DNA of 64,000 nt from Macrostomum lignano. Its lineage: Eukaryota. The notes under the pieces are model-generated. The model searched no databases, was not told the DNA's origin, and saw nothing but the letters and a program-made list of their open reading frames with translations. The stretch spans positions 1-64,000 of the forward strand of contig NIVC01003899.1 of NCBI GenBank assembly GCA_002269645.1, written 5' to 3'. Position numbers and translations under genes: made by a program. Shown piece by piece: positions 63,246-64,000 of the stretch (position 1 is the stretch's first letter; each line of letters begins with the position of its first letter).

Positions 63246-63899
63246 TGAACTCAAATGATTTCATAATTAAAACGAAAAGAAAAGAATGCAAAGTCTGAGT
63301 TATATGTATCAGGTTTTTATAGAATTTTTGCTTAGCATTTTATTGAACGCCCAATTATATTTCTCTTAGAACAGAACACACGCCAGACTAATGCCTTCTC
63401 TCTGTACAGTATCGGTGCCACTGATAAAATTAATTTAAACACATGTTTAATCAGATATAACCATATTTTATATGAAAGGGACAACAGCGGCGCGAGCTGA
63501 ACACAGACACGTTGGGGTCAGGGTGAGGGGAGCAGGACAAAAAACAAAATAAACTATTCATAAACGCAGAAAATAAACAGGGTTTAAACACAAAACTACA
63601 GTGGGCCGCGAACTGGACCAGACGGTGCGGGGCTAATGGAGAACAAAAAAGCACACATATCGAACCGATCAAAACAAGAATGGCGGATTTGGGGCGAGGA
63701 TTAACCGGAAACACGACTGGAGGATTCGAGGAAGAATAAAACGGATCAAGCGAGCGGACGACTGATTGCAGGTCGGCGAACCGATTAGAAGCTGCGACAA
63801 GCAAAAATATGAAATTCAAAGAGAGGTTCTGCGCGAACAGGAGATGAGAAAAATGAGAGAAGAAAAAGCCACGCTCGAATTCGATAAGCGGACCGTCAA

Positions 63900-63998
63900 T
63901 CAATCACTGTTAATGTCCAACAGCGCGCTGAGGTCGTCGGAGTCCGGGGACGCCGCCGACGCCAGGCCGGGCATCAGGGGCGCGTCGGAGAAGACGCC
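63900..63998 (-). CDS. Probable C-terminal end of a gene extending beyond the window
   Basis: GC-rich open frame GVFSDAPLMPGLASAASPDSDDLSALLDINSD* with its stop at 63900-63902, followed by a UTR-like T-rich sequence and a minus-strand AATAAA at ~63338-63343. Confidence 0.5.
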   Translation of the reverse strand, partial: GVFSDAPLMPGLASAASPDSDDLSALLDINSD

Positions 63999-64000
63999 GG

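Noticed and set aside
63451-63903. 150-aa hydrophobic minus-strand ORF
   Set aside because: It has Phe/Leu-rich composition typical of translated T-rich 3' UTR and starts right at the stop of the upstream GC-rich frame.

Overview
Eukaryotic (animal) genomic DNA with GC-rich exons and introns filled with minisatellites. This pattern is reminiscent of the flatworm Macrostomum, but the taxon is an inference. Layout: (1) 1-8700 is a 238-bp satellite array with irregular higher-order structure, followed by a 2.6-kb punctuated (TCTG)n microsatellite. (2) 12423-30609 (minus) is a TRANK1/LBA1-like gene (TPR, ankyrin, SF1 UvrD-type helicase, TPR). I reconstructed 15 exons (~2640 codons) with phase-consistent GT-AG junctions; its 3' end is unresolved, and 13 of its 14 internal introns each carry a different minisatellite. 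(3) 30600-38000 is AT-rich and holds an intact 610-bp MITE (8-bp TSD) and a decayed RTE-like LINE. (4) 38179-39504 (minus) is a two-exon gene for a 228-aa secreted protein. (5) 39460-62348 is a head-to-tail tandem duplication (~11.8 + ~11.1 kb). Its left breakpoint cuts the signal-peptide exon of gene 4, and each copy carries an intact three-exon, membrane-anchored FkbM-family methyltransferase. The copies differ in array lengths and in small insertions, including a foldback MITE. (6) A tRNA-derived SINE with a 9-bp TSD and the probable 3' end of another minus-strand gene lie at the right edge. There is no CRISPR array, rRNA or prokaryotic operon. Exon models were derived by eye and repeat boundaries are approximate.
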